Source of the DNA: Octopus vulgaris
Lineage: Eukaryota
Direction: 5' to 3'
Assembly: GCA_951406725.2 (NCBI GenBank)
Contig: OX597820.1
Span: forward strand, 111,786,001 to 111,850,000
DNA length: 64,000 bases
Notes under the pieces: model-generated
What the model saw: only the letters and a program-made list of their open reading frames with translations
What the model was told of the DNA's origin: nothing
The model's database searches: none
Shown: piece after piece, positions 28,101-42,577 of the stretch
How the letters are laid out: the number at the start of each line of letters is the position of its first letter
How positions within the stretch are numbered: the first letter of the stretch is position 1
Made by a program: the position numbers and the translations under genes

Positions 28101-31100
28101 AAGACCACTGCACCAAATAACATCACCACCACACCAGCTGCTCCATCATTACACATCCACATTACACCTTTAAGATTGGGGAACCAGTTAGGGACCTGCT
28201 GGATCTCTTGGCATATTAGCAAGCCACAAAATCACACCAGCCAGCATTACTACTACCTCCAAGCCCATCATATGTATGTATGTGTTTGTCCCACCCACCA
28301 TTGCTTGACAACTGATGTTTATACATTTGCATCCCTGTGATTTAGCTGTTCAGCAGAAGAGACTTATAGAATAAGCACCAGGCTTACAGGGAATAAGGCC
28401 AGGGGTCAATTTTTCTTCAACTAAAGGGTAGTGCTCCAGCATGGCCACGGCTAAATGACTGAAATAAGTAAAAGGCTAAAAGAATACCAGAAAAATGTTC
28501 TGTACAACTAAACCAGGATGGTTCTTTGAATATGTACGATGTATTTTAAGGTTAAATAGTAATTCCATTTACGTTTGTGTAACTGAGACATTTTGGTTGG
28601 ATTATATAGTCATTGGTGTTACATTACTTTCTATATTCTGTAATTGTCACAATATACTTTTCTAGGCTTGAAATTTTTATGGGGAGGGGGCCAGTTGATT
28701 AGATCGACCCCAGTACACAACTGGTACTTTATCAACCCCAAAAGGATGAAAGGTCAAGTCGATCATGGTAGAATTTGAACTCAGAACATAAAGACAGACT
28801 GTCATAATATGCAAACATTTCTCATGACACCAGTACACTGTTTACAGATGCTTATATTCTTTGTTTTCCATGAATTTTTCATGGTTTCAGCTAGTTATCA
28901 TTTCTTATATTTATCAATATATGGCCAATTTTTGATTCTCTCTAAGTTCAAGATGTAAAAGAATTTAGATATTGCTAGTTATTTTGTTTGGTGCTCTACC
29001 AATTCTACCATTTATCAGGAATGGTTTTAGGGTAGCTACTCATGAATTGTTACCATATGTCCCTTTAAAGCTTGGTGAGACACATGTTTTCTTGTGAAAT
29101 CAGACTGAAGTAAACAAATATACAAATTTGTTAAAAATATCCACTCTTGCCAACTTAGAAAATAGCAGAAGAAAAGTTCTTATAATTGACAGAATGCCAT
29201 GTAATTACAGAGGATGGAGGCCAATCAGTTGAGTTGAATAGCAACACTACAGAATGACTCATACCTTTGTGTAAAACTGAGTCACTGTATTTGAGCTATC
29301 CCAAGTATTGATCTGTTCTGTCTTTATCATAAATGTTTTTTTTTTTTAGATTAAACTGGTTACTTAATAATTTATTTCTTTTACTTTTCCTCTTTCAGTC
29401 TGAACACGAACTACACACTCAGCTCATGTGTTTCAAGGTGAGATTCCTCAGGGATTTTATTGTTTAACTTTTTTTTTATAGTAATTTCAGTTTAATTATA
29501 TTTCATGGTAGTGATTCATTAACGATTTTGTGGTCAACAATGTTGTAGTTATTTGTATTGGTAAAAGATGAAATAAATGTATACTGGTATACATTTATAC
29601 AATATATTGATGTGCATTGGAAATAGATGAAGTGATAGGGAATAGATTTGTGGTTCAGTAGAGCTGGACTTCTAAAACAGTGTTCACCTACAGTATTAAG
29701 TTAACACCGTTTTATGTTCATTGTGTTTTGCTAAGTATTACTTGTAATTGAAGTTAAATCATGTTGTTAAGCTAAAGGGAAGTGAAGGAGTATCATCATC
29801 ATCATCATCTATAATACACAAAGATGGCCACTGTGCAGACAAGTAATGACAGGTTGAGAGAGATACCTGAAAACCTGATATTTCCCTCTGACAAAACTTA
29901 ATAAGTACACAACACATTCCTTGGATAATGGAACGGTACCTTTAATGATTCTACAAAAAGAAAATAACTGTGCGTCTCCTTGTCGTAAATCTCTGTGTTA
30001 CCACGTGTAGCAACCACGATTGAAAACACGCCATATCAGCACGCACCACACACGAATATATACACAAAGCGAATTTATATTATACTTTCTTCTTCGCTGA
30101 GGCATTGCAATATCGTGCGCACATTATACACGCACCAACCATTGAATCCTTACATCCCTTGATTGTGCATATAATTGTATCTTTTTTCATTCACACAATG
30201 AGGAAAGCGGGAACAGTTAACAAAAAATAAGATCTTATTTATTTATCTCCCTAACAAGTGTGCACATTATAAACACACCTATCATTGACTCCTTACATCT
30301 CTTGATTGCACATATAATTGTATCTTGTATACACACATACAATGAGGAAAGTGGAAACAGTTAACAACAATAACAAAAAATAAAACATCTTATTTATCTC
30401 CCTAACAAGTGTGCTATATCTTCACTTTTTTTTTTACCTTTGTACTATGGTATGGATGGGCAGACAGAACAAAACTGCCACGGTATCATCTGTGGATGAG
30501 TTGTGCGACAAAACTGGTCACTGTCCTAAAATAGAGCATTGCCCAGCAAATCACATCTGTCATCTATGCACAAAACTCAAAAATTCCTTCCAAAATAGAT
30601 GGGTTGACTGCAGTAAATGTCGTGTTTCGATCTGCTTTCAATGTGCCACAAACTTTCAGAAGATCCCAGGTCAAAAGAAAGGACACCTTACTTCTATGAT
30701 GGATAAATTCTGGGAAATAGTCCAGCTACCAAACTGGTCATTTCAGTGCCTGACTTGTGTGTCTTCTGCTGCCATTGCTGCTGAACAGCAAAAACCAACT
30801 ACTTTGTCTCCCAAAACCAGTTCTGTTGATGAAGAACAAAAATTAAAGCCGCCCTGTCTTCCTCCCCTGTCACTCTTCAACAACAGCAACAAAAATCGGC
30901 CATTCCTGTTGAAGAACATCAACAAAAACTTAATCTGCCTATGTCTTCCTCCCTTATTGCTCTTCAACAACAAAAATTGATCATTCCAGCCGAAGTACAT
31001 CAGCAGGAAGAAAAGCCAACCATACCCTCCTCTCCCGATACTTCTCAACATCAGCACAGAAGTTGCAGAAATTAGACAAATGATTTCTGCTTTAAGCCGC

Positions 31101-34100
31101 GAAATAGCAGGAATCAAAACCAGCATCTGTGCTAAACCTCACAATGAGGAGTCATATCAGAGTGCCTTGCTCAGCAATTTACCTGTAGCTCTTACGGAAC
31201 CTCAACGCATAGAGGAAGTTGCTGAATCAACCACTCATGAGGTAATTGCCATCGGAGTGCCGGAAGATGTGGTAGATCTACAGGCATTTACTAGAAACTA
31301 ATAAGGACCTCAGCTGTGTTCCTCCAAAAAGTGCTTTCTGCCTTGGCCGACCAGGATCCAAACCCAGATTGATCCGGCTGATGTTTTCAAACTCTACTGA
31401 GGCGTGGGCATACCATCCAGCTGCTGATAGGGCTCGGCGCGGAAACAGAATTACCTTTAGGACATGTCCTGGCCTACCACCTGATGTACGCCCAAAGCTA
31501 AGATCTGTAGCTTCCCTAAATCGCAACTCTGTGCCACAGGAAAGCTTTAGCCTACGTGATGATGGGCAAATATGGAAATTTATCAAGTCTGGTGAGTCGT
31601 GGATAAGGGATATTAGTTGGACTGAGCAAACTGCATCCACAACAACTTGCAATACAAAAATCATGGGAAACTAAACAAGAACAATCAGCCATCCCCTGTA
31701 TATCATCGCCATCTGAAATCCAGATACAAACTGTTGTCCTTGAATGCCCGTAGTTTATGCAACAAGGTACATCTTTTTGACTCTTATGTCAAAAGTATCG
31801 ACCCAGATTTCATCACAGTCACGGAAACATGGGCACATTCTGCACTCTGTGATGGGGTTTTCAGCATAGCCGGCTACAACCTGTTCCGCAAAGACTGCAT
31901 TAATCGCTGTGGTGGAGGTGTGATGGTTTATGTTCGATCAAATCTATCAGCAATTCCTTGTGATGATTTGAACCAATCTCAGCAGAAAGTATTTTTCAGC
32001 AATATACACATGACCATGTCAACACTTCTGCTTGGAGTTGTTTACTGCCCCCCGAATTATCATCAAGACACACAACTTTTTGATATCCTCAGAGCTGCTG
32101 CCATGAAAACAGCCACTTATGTTTATATTATGGGGGACTTCAATTTCCCTGAGATTGACTGGGAGGCCTTCTGCTGGCCGCAAAGTGCAGGCGATTTCCT
32201 TGAACTGGTGCTGAATTCAAATTAGTCCCAAGTCGTTACCTCCCCCACAAGGGGTAACAACACTTTGGATCTGTTATTTACCGCTTCTGAAACAATTATT
32301 AGTGTCACTACTGAAGAACCTTTTGGTGACTCCGATCATTCTATAATCATGACTGACTTGTCTCTGATTGGTTGTAACAAAAACCACAACCATTTCCAAA
32401 CTGCCCACTTTGACTGGAATAAAGCAGACTGGAGCTCTTATTGTACTGAACTGCGACGCCCAAACTGGCTCGAATTTTATGCTTCTGGAGATGTGAACAC
32501 TATACTTCAGAACATTCTGAATTCAATATATGTGCAGCATCAGTACCATGCAAGCACAAAAACACCCAATAGTGCAACTTGGGAGACTGCAGCAGTTCGA
32601 CTTGCTAGGAAAGAACGCTGTAATGCTGAACAGGAATACAAATTGCATAAATCAGAGATCAACAGGAAAAAGCGCAATAGATCAGCCAACCATCTCAAGC
32701 AGGTGACAAAAAAGGCAGTGCTTGAATTCGAACAGCGCATAGCAACCAACCCTGACAGCAAAGGGTTCTGGAAGTATGTACGCTCAAAGCAGAGACCTCA
32801 CTCTCCAGTTGGTCCCCTTCGCAATCCCCACACAGGGCAGATTACTGGCAACCCCAAAGAATGTGCAGAAATCATTGCTGGATGTTATGCAGGCATCTTT
32901 ACTGTCGAAGATCAAAATGTTCCATCTCCATCACCTCTGACACCGGACTCTATAACTACTATGAAATTTACACCAGCAATGCTACAACGCCACCTTAAGA
33001 ATAAACGTAACTATGCCTCTCCTGGTCTCGATGATGTTACATTCTCAAATGCGGTGGATACTTTCTTCTAAACCAACTTTCACTATTCTTTCAATTCTGT
33101 CTTGACAATGGTGTTACTCCAGAGCAGTGGAAAACTGCCAGTGATATCCCTCTGTTCAAAAAAAGTGACCGTACATCGCCTGTCAACTATCGCCCTGTTA
33201 GTCTTACTAGCTGCATCGCCGAACTGATGGAATCCTGTGTCAGAGAAACCCTCTGGAACTTCTGGAAGTCTCACAGCCTCATCCAGCCGTCACAATTTGG
33301 TTTCATTCCTAACTCCAGCTGCTGTAATCAACTCATCGAGTTTCTTGAGGACATTACCCGAATCACTGATCACAGATCCTGGGTGGATGTTGTTTACCTG
33401 GACTTTGCTAAGGCTTTTAATTCTGTGCCACACAAAATACTTATGGTGAAACTCTCTGTGATAGGTGTAAGAGACGATCTCTATAACTGGTTAAAATCCT
33501 TTATTATCAGCCAAAAAGAGGTTGTCACAGTTCTAGGACAGCACTCTTCACCCTATGAGATGACATCTGGTGTACCACAGGGATCTATTCTTGGCCCCCT
33601 TTTATTTATTGCATATGTTAATGACATAGATGCCAACTTAAAGAATGCCACAGTGCTTAAATATGCAGATGACATCAAGCTGTACCTTGAAATAAAGAGG
33701 TCAGATCCTGTACACTATAGATCTCTATTGCAATCAGACCTGGACACAATGCAGCAGTGGATCATGGACTGGCAACTTAAGCTGGCTGTGGACAAATGTA
33801 CCACCATGCATTGTGGGAGGAGAAACCCAGCGTCTATCTACTTCCTCCACAACACTAATCTAAAAAAGTCTTCATGTGAACGTGACCTGGGTGTTATTGT
33901 CGACAGCGATTTGCGTTGGACAAAACACATCGCTAAAATTGCCAAGAAGACTGAGGGTGTCTTGGCATCACTCACCAAGTCCTTTGTGAGCCGCTCTCTG
34001 GCTATCTATCTGCGGCTTTATATAGCTATGGTACGACCTCACCTGGAATTAGCATCACCGGTCTGGAACCCCTATCTTGCCCAGGATATTAATCGTCTGG

Positions 34101-37100
34101 AAGCCGTTCAGCGACGTGCACCCAAGAGAATACCCTCCATCAGGCATTTGCCATATTCTGAACACCTTACTTCCCTGGACATGGATACATTGAAACTCTG
34201 ACGCCTGGCAGCTGACTTGGCAGACACCCATGAAATTATTAACCACCTTACTAACAATAACTCTGAGCACCTTTTCAAACTCCATCTGTCTAACACCCGT
34301 AGACATGTTTACAAAGTCAGAAAACAGCTCCCATGACTTTCGGAAACATTTTTTCACGCTAAGAGTGGCTGAAGCATGGAACAAACTGCCGGCATCAGTT
34401 GTTAGTTGTCGGAGCACTGCATCCTTTAAAACTTCCATGCTTCCTGAGATTCGCCAACACTACACCTGATTTTCTCCCCTCCATACACACGCAAGTATGT
34501 ATCTGACTCATACACTGTTCACTTTCCAGGCATTTGTACATTACTGCATATACTTTATACGCACTTTTGACAAGTTGTGGTGCACCTGAGCACTGTATAC
34601 AATAATTTCATTATTATAATTAGTCATCATTGTTTTAATGTCTATTTTCCCATGCTTGCATGGATCTAATGAGGATATGTTAGGGTTGGGTTTTTCTATG
34701 GCCAGATGTCCTTCCTGTCACCTCCAACCCCCTCTCTTGTTTCCAAGTGAGGTAATAACCTCCCAGTCTGTTGAACAGCTAACAGCCTGGGCATGTTTTG
34801 TGTGGGGAACTGGAAGCAAACAAAGCTTTTTAAGGAGCCTTTTGTTTACAAACCAGTGGAAACATAAATGTACACAGATGAACATACAAATATATATATA
34901 TATATGGTCATCCCATAAATAATGCGTTTTTTTATGCTTTTATTTTTTTAAATTAAGATAAGTAAAGTTCTTTTTTAATTTGAAATACACTCTCCTTCAT
35001 TTTCTACAATGCTCTTCCATCTTTCAAAATTCACTTGTCCATGATGAAAAGTACTTTTCCAGTACTATTCTGACCTCGTCTATAGAATTCATGTTTTTTC
35101 CATCCAAATGATTTTGAAGACTACAGAATAAATGATAATCAGATGAGGCAATATTTGGCAAATATGGTGGGTGGGGCATCGTTTCCATTCGAACTGCTCA
35201 AGCCTTTCGAATGTCATCTTCACTGTATGTGGCCAAGCATTATCCTGATGGAAGAACACCTTTCATCTTGAAACCATATAATGTCATTTTTCTTCTAGCG
35301 CTTACATTAGCCACTCAAGCTGCTCATAGTAGATCTCCTTTGTTATTGTTTGGTTTGGGTTTAGAAGTTTAAAGTGGACTAAACCTTTCATATTCCACCA
35401 AACAGATAACAACACCATGCTGCCAACAAAGAGCGCGGAATTCTGTTCTTGATTCAACGGTCATTCGGAATGCTCACAGCAGCCATATTCCTACCACTCT
35501 ATGTCACGCTGGTGAGACCCATATTGGAGTATGGGATTCAAGCCTCTTCTCCTTATCTCCTCAAAGACATACAGCATCTCGAAAGAGTCCAGAGGCTGGC
35601 TACCCGCATGGTTCATGGTCTCAAAAATTTGTCCTACGAAGAAAGGCTGAGGACGCTCGACCTTTATTCTCTTGAAAAACGCCGCCGCCGTGGTGATCTC
35701 ATTCTCGCCCACAACATCATAAGCGGGAAGTGTAACCTCTCGAAAGAGCTGTTCTTCACTCCTGCTCCGAGCGTCGGCTGCAGGGTCATTCCGAAAAGCT
35801 CTACCTGCGACGATTTCATCTCAATCGAAGGAGAGGAGCTTTCTCCGTCCGGGTTGCGGATCCGTGGAACAAGCTGCCAGACGAGATGGTGAAGATGCCG
35901 ACGACCGCTTTGTTCAAAGCCTCCCTGGACCTCAAGTGGCCTGAACTCTTTACATGAACACCACCCTGTACTTAACTCCATGTCCCCCTACATGGCCTTG
36001 CTATTTGCTTTTGAGCCAAATTAACTAACTAACTAACTAACTAACTAACCATATGTGAGTGAAGACCTTCTTTAGCTTGGGGTGCCACTGTTTCTCCTTT
36101 CCCTACCCACTTTCTTCAGTGCTTGACATTTTTATAGAGAATCCATTTTTTCATCCCCAGTCACTATTCAATCTGTGAGATATGACAGCAAAAAAAAAAA
36201 AGCACACATTCACTCTCTGCACAGTATTATACTCAGAATGTTCGTGAGGAAACCATTGACCCAATTTGCTGACTTTACCAATGGTACACAGGTGTCAAAT
36301 GGTTGAATGACCAAATCCAAGCTTCTCTGCTAGTTCCTCAACAGTTACAATGGGGATTTGTTCCACCAAGGTTTGCTGGATGTCCTCGTTGAACTTTAAA
36401 GATCTTCCAGGACAGGGCTCGTTTTCTAGGCTGTAATTTCTGGCTTGAAATTTCTGGAACCACTGTCGACACTAGCTTATACTTATTATCTGATCCCCAT
36501 ATACTGCATAAATATTCCTTGCACTTTCCATTGCATTGTTGCCTTTATTGAACTCATAAAGCAAAATATGCTAAATATGCTTTGTCACTTCCATTATAGC
36601 TTTGTAAAAATAACTGTTAAAATCAAACTGACTCTTCAAAACTTGCACTAAGGATAAGAACAAGGTAAAATTACTACCTGCTTTTTTAGCAAGTTAATGC
36701 AGGTAGTTTATTCTGTCTCCCTCTGACTTAGTCCATGCAATTGAAAAAACCACATCATTTATGGGATGACCCTATATAAATAAAAACACATAGACACACA
36801 ACAGGCTTCATTGCCTATGCCTGTGGTGTAACCAACCCACTTAAGCATATCTTTCTTTCATTGGACACTAAACTCTGCTTGCGAAGACCTGTTGAGGCAA
36901 GTGAAATGGAAATCTAATTCAATGACAGCACTGTATGACTGGCATCCATGCTAGTGGAGCGCTAAGAGCACCATCCGAGCATGATCGTTGCCAGGGCCGC
37001 TGACTGGCCCCTGTGCCGGTGGCACGTAAAAGGCACCATTCGATCATGATTGCCGGTGGTATGTGAAAAACAACATTCGAGCGAGGGCATTGCCAGTGCC

Positions 37101-40100
37101 TCTGGACTGGCTCCTGTGCAGGTAACACGTAAAAACACCATTTGAGCATGGCTGTTGCCAGTACTGCCTGACTGGCACGTAAAAGCACCCACTACACTCT
37201 CAGAGTGGTTGACATTAGGAAGGGCATCCAGCTGTAGAAACTCTGCCAGATCAGATTGGAGCCTGGTGCAGCCATCTGGCTCCCCAGTCAAACCATCCAA
37301 CCCATACCAGCATGGAAAGTAGACGTTAAACGATGATGATGATGAAATCCACTTATAAGACTTTGGTCAGCCTGTAGCTCTAGTAGAAGACGGTTGCCCA
37401 ACATGCAATGCAGTGGGACTGTGGTTGAGAAACAAACTTCACAAACACATTGCCATTTTGTTACTATATAATAACTGTATACTCTTTTTAAATAACTGTT
37501 TTATAGATCAAATTAAATATTTAAAATTTCAAAATTATTTCTGTTTTGTTTTTTAAAGTTAATTTTAAAAAATTGTTTTCATATACAATTATTGTTGTTA
37601 AACTTTTATTTGTAGCACAAAATGAAGAATTTGGTTTGGACAAAAGGCACCAGTGGTCTTGATGGTGAATTCCAGTCCACTTCAGAACTAGATTTCTACA
37701 TTAATCGGGTATGACAGAATTTTAAAGGCTCTTTATTTTCAGTTACCTTCTAAGTTGATGGTAATGTGTGTTTTTGTTGGTGCAGCAAGCCATCTGGTTG
37801 ATAACAATAAATAAAATACTCTTTTATTTTATATGTTAGTGCTTCCAATAGTAATCATTGTAATTGATGCCAGAAAATTGAGTAAATAACCCCAATGGCT
37901 TAGATATTTCTGTATTCTAATTGTGAACCAACCATATATAACTCTTTCCACTCTTAGTTTATATGATATTAGCAGATGTTTATTATCAAACTTGTGAAGC
38001 CAATAAAATTTCATGTATTGCTCCACTGTGTGAGAAGTGATTTATTATACAAACTTACACTGATAGTTTAGAGAAGGGATGTGGAAAACTTCTTATATCT
38101 TTGGCCCTTTCATGGAATATCTAATTACACCCACACTCTATGTAAATTTCTGAAATAAGATTAAATAGTATAGTTAATATTTCCTTCATTCTTTTTTGTC
38201 ATTACCATTTTTTAAATGAATATTTACAGAAATCTAATGAAAATACTTAAACAAAATTGTATAAGAACAATAAAAATTCAGTCCTATATTGGTATAGTGG
38301 GAATATTTAATGTGAAATGTGTTTAGTGATTACTAATTATTGCATTGATATTTTGCTGGAAATTACTGAGTTTTAGCCTTAAATTACCATGCTCTTCTAG
38401 ATTCGGTTTGCTAATAATTGAGCTCACTCAAACACACACTCAAAAGTCAATATTGACCATTTTGCTGTCCCAGGTTTAGACAGTTGACACTACTGACTAA
38501 TAATATCTCTATTTTCCAACGGGTGAGAGGGGAAAAAAAACTTTTTAATCTATAAGGTTTCAATTCACAGGGAACTCTGGGGGTGATTTCCAGAAATGTA
38601 TATTGAATAATTCCAGAAACCCAGTTGTTAATGATTATGTGTTTACATGCTTTGTACTAATTTTAATGACCACTTTGATGGTATTTTAACTTTAAATACC
38701 ATTAGATATTAAGTCTGAAGCTCTTCTAGTTCTAACCACTCCAGTGTTATTTGTAATAATTCTTATATTTAGCATGATAATTTTTCCTAAACTTTAAATT
38801 TGATAATGATTTCATAGCTGACAAAGATTTTGCTTTGTTTTTCCTATTATTAGGACATGATCCATGTAGCTGACACAAAGGTTGCCAATCGTTATGGTGA
38901 CTATTTCATCCGCCAAATCCATAGATTTCAAGAGGTAAGTACGATTTTCAGTGTTTTTTTCTTTTTCTCCATGTTCTATTATTATTGGGCAAGCTGGCAG
39001 AATCATTAGCAAAATGTTTAGCAGTAATTCTTCTGGGATTTTATGTCAGCTTTACCTTTCATCCTTTCATGGTCGATAAAATAAAACAAAGTAGTAGTTG
39101 AATACAAAAATTGCTGTCTGTGAAACCACCACTACTACTGCTGTTTTCATTTATTAGTTATTGAATACTAGCAAATCTTCCCATCGAGGTGGGGAAGTCA
39201 TAACAGCAGTATGTATTGAGAAATATATGAATGGACTTAATAGATTACTGGGTGGTGTCTTAGAGAAATCACATTATTGTTGGTGATACAGCATTCTATT
39301 GCAGCTATACGACATGTGTTTGCAACTAAGTGACATGTGATGACCATTCACTCCCGAACTGAAATAGGCTCCCAGTCTCGTATCTTGAATGGTTATGTGG
39401 ACCACTCCTAATGAAAGCCAGAGCTTCCTTCACCCACTACACAAAAAGTATTAAGAAAAAAAGCGTTATTTAGATATACTTTTTAGTTGTTTACACTATT
39501 CTATACTTGCTTATACTGTTATACATTCAAAGTTTACAGATTTCATTGTTTAGATTATTAATCATAATCCTTTTGATAATATCAATTTGATTACAAAACT
39601 TCTTTGTAGACGATATTTTCTGTTTGGTTGATACTAATTTTCGAATTACTGAAGTACATTGCTCTACTCATTGCGATGTATAATTGGCAGCGTGTAAACA
39701 TCGGAGTGGGTAAAAATACACCTACATGATCTAAAGACCGGCCCTGTACCTTGTTTGCTGTGAATGTGCGAGTGGAATCTTAGGGTTGCAAAAAAGTCAA
39801 ACTTAGATTTACCTCTCCCTGTTCTGTGTGAATAATGTCTGGATGTTCTGGTACCATGGGTTATTTTGAGAGACAAAACTGAGGTGTAAACAACTGCTTT
39901 GATTAGCTGTTCAATAACCACTAAATAATCACACACTTTTTCCATTTTAATTTTACTATTAACTGTCCCCCTTGTGACTCACCTTCATGTCTACGATGGG
40001 GCCACAAACTATACAATGAAAATCCAGAGTTACTCTTGGTCATTGAATTTTTAATAAAAATGCGAAGGTCGTTTATCAGTTCAAAAATTGATGTCCATGA

Positions 40101-42524
40101 AATAATCATACTTTCTAATTTTTTAATGCTAAAAACCTTCCTGACGACTATCTTTGTAATCCTGAAAAATATCATAACCATTGGTCCAGCTGTCTGGCCA
40201 TGAAGAGGGAACAGACAAAGAGACGAACATAATGCCCATTATAATATGATAGCAAATCTGCCCATCTACGATGGGAAATAAAGGAATAATATCTCAAATT
40301 GAAACCCTCTAAAATCATGAACTATATGATGGGAAAATCCAAGGTTAATCCTTGTCACTGGAATTTTTAAAAAAAGGATTCAAAGGTGATTTATTAATAC
40401 AAAATTCAATATCCACTAAATAATGATCCTTTTTTTTGCTAAAAGCCTTCCTGATTGCCCCCTCTGTAATCCCCCAAAACATTGACCATTGGTCCAGCTA
40501 TGCTATTTGACCATGAAGAGGGGACAGACAGATGGACATAACGCCCATTATAGTAAGATGAAAATTCAAGACTCATCCTCTACACCAAAAGTGTTAAGGC
40601 CACTCCTCCTGGTTAAGAGGATTGGCCTGCAAGAGTCATGTTCAGGCATCACATAAACAGCATTTGTGACAGTGCCACATTAACCCTTTCGTTACTATAT
40701 TTCTGACCAAAATACACCCCTCATGAGTTTCAATTAAATTCTAAAATATTCATGAATTTAGGCTTGTTTCATTAAATAACTGTAACTTTTTTACTTATCA
40801 ACATATTAATGTGATATTTGGAACATAATTAAAGAAAGGGTTCTTAATCAATTCTATTGCATAACTTTTGTCTCAAAGTGACTTTAATTACAGGTAAATC
40901 GAGCAAAAGGTAAAAAATTTAAAATTTTAAATTGAGCATACAGTAAAAATATTAATATTTTGTTTAAACATCACCATAGAAAATGAATCATCAGCTAATA
41001 TTCAAATGGGTATGCAACAAAATTTTGATAAAGAAAAACTGTGCACATCACTAGATCATCAGTTGTATTTAATGCACGAGGGGTGTACCATAAAGGTGGA
41101 ATAAACTGAAATACTGGAATCCACCGCAAGTTTGACCGAACTAAAGAAATCGGTCAAAAAATAATATACGGCCCTGGTTATGGAAGTGATAAATTCCAGA
41201 CCACATCGTTCCCCAGGCCATGCTGACTAACATTATTTTCCCTGTATAAAAACTTAATCCACGCAGTACCCAGTATTTGATTCACAAATTTTCCAAACTT
41301 TGATCCCCCATTTTGTGTTTGTTTACAATCTGCGAAACAGTTTGCTTCCACAGTGATCGCTCCAAACAAGCATACTAAAAAAAATGAAAGTCTAATGGTT
41401 TCGCTTCCTAAGAAAGCCTATAGATAAACTCTACCTCCTCAGAAAAATTGCTAATAAAAACATTTTTAAAGTTTTTTACTCCATTCCGATGTAAAACCGT
41501 CTTTGCTGTCACTATCGCTGCTTTGTTTCTTCAGAATCGCTGCTTTCGGTTAACGGATAAAAAAATATCCTATTCATTATTGTACACCACGTGCTTTTGT
41601 ACCTCATTCATTCTTTTTCTCAATATCTCCTTATTTTCCGTTGAAAAAGCTTTAAATTCGGAATCAATGCTTGATAACACGAAACTCCTATCCATTTTCA
41701 AAGTTGAAGAAAAATCGATGCCGAAAAAAATGTGGAAAAAAATCTCCCATAGTTCACTGAGTTCAGATATCACGTCAAGCAATGTCAGATACTATAACCC
41801 AACTATTTACAAAGTGAAATCACGTGTTTTAACGAATGTACCAATGAGATTTGGGTTCAAATTTACATTTAAATAACAATAGGTTCTCTCGGCCAGCTAC
41901 GGCCGGGTTGGTATTACGAACCAAAAAAGTGTTCGGCCGGGTTAGTAACGAAAGGGTTAAAAGCACCCAGTGCACACTATAATGTGGTTGGTAGTAGGAA
42001 GGACATCCAGCCATAGAAACCAAGCCAAATCAGACTAGAACTTGGTACAGATCTTCACCTTGCCAGCTCTGGTCAAACTGTCTGGTCCATGTCAGCATGG
42101 AAAATGAGCACTAAAGGACGATGATGATGAAGAAGAGATGAATGTGGCCCACCATCACACAGATTTTGCTTCTAGCCAGCAAAGGAAAAGAAAGGACGCA
42201 TTAGATATTATAGTCAAAGATACACTATATCTGAAAAAAAAAAAAATTTGGATGGTCATATGTTAAAATATTAAGGGAAAACAGTAACAAAAGTTTTGGA
42301 AAATTTTATTGCAGAATTTTCCCTTTTAAATAATTTCACCATTTTCTAGCTGTTTCTGATGTCACACACAAATACACACACACATATATACATACATACA
42401 CACCATACACATGCAAGAGTGATTCCAAATGTAGGAAGTTTGTAAACTTCAAGCAGCCTGTGGCAGGAAGTTACCATATAACTTATGGTTGGTTGCTAAC
42501 TCTAGTTTGGACTTGTATGTTTAT

Positions 42525-42577
<53 letters not shown>

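Noticed and set aside
29635-29780. H/ACA-like hairpin followed by ACAGTA in intron 16
   Set aside because: No convincing second hairpin or ACA box.
36021-36050. (CTAA)n as an interstitial telomeric repeat
   Set aside because: It is the 3' tail of the CR1 fragment and is not TTAGGG.
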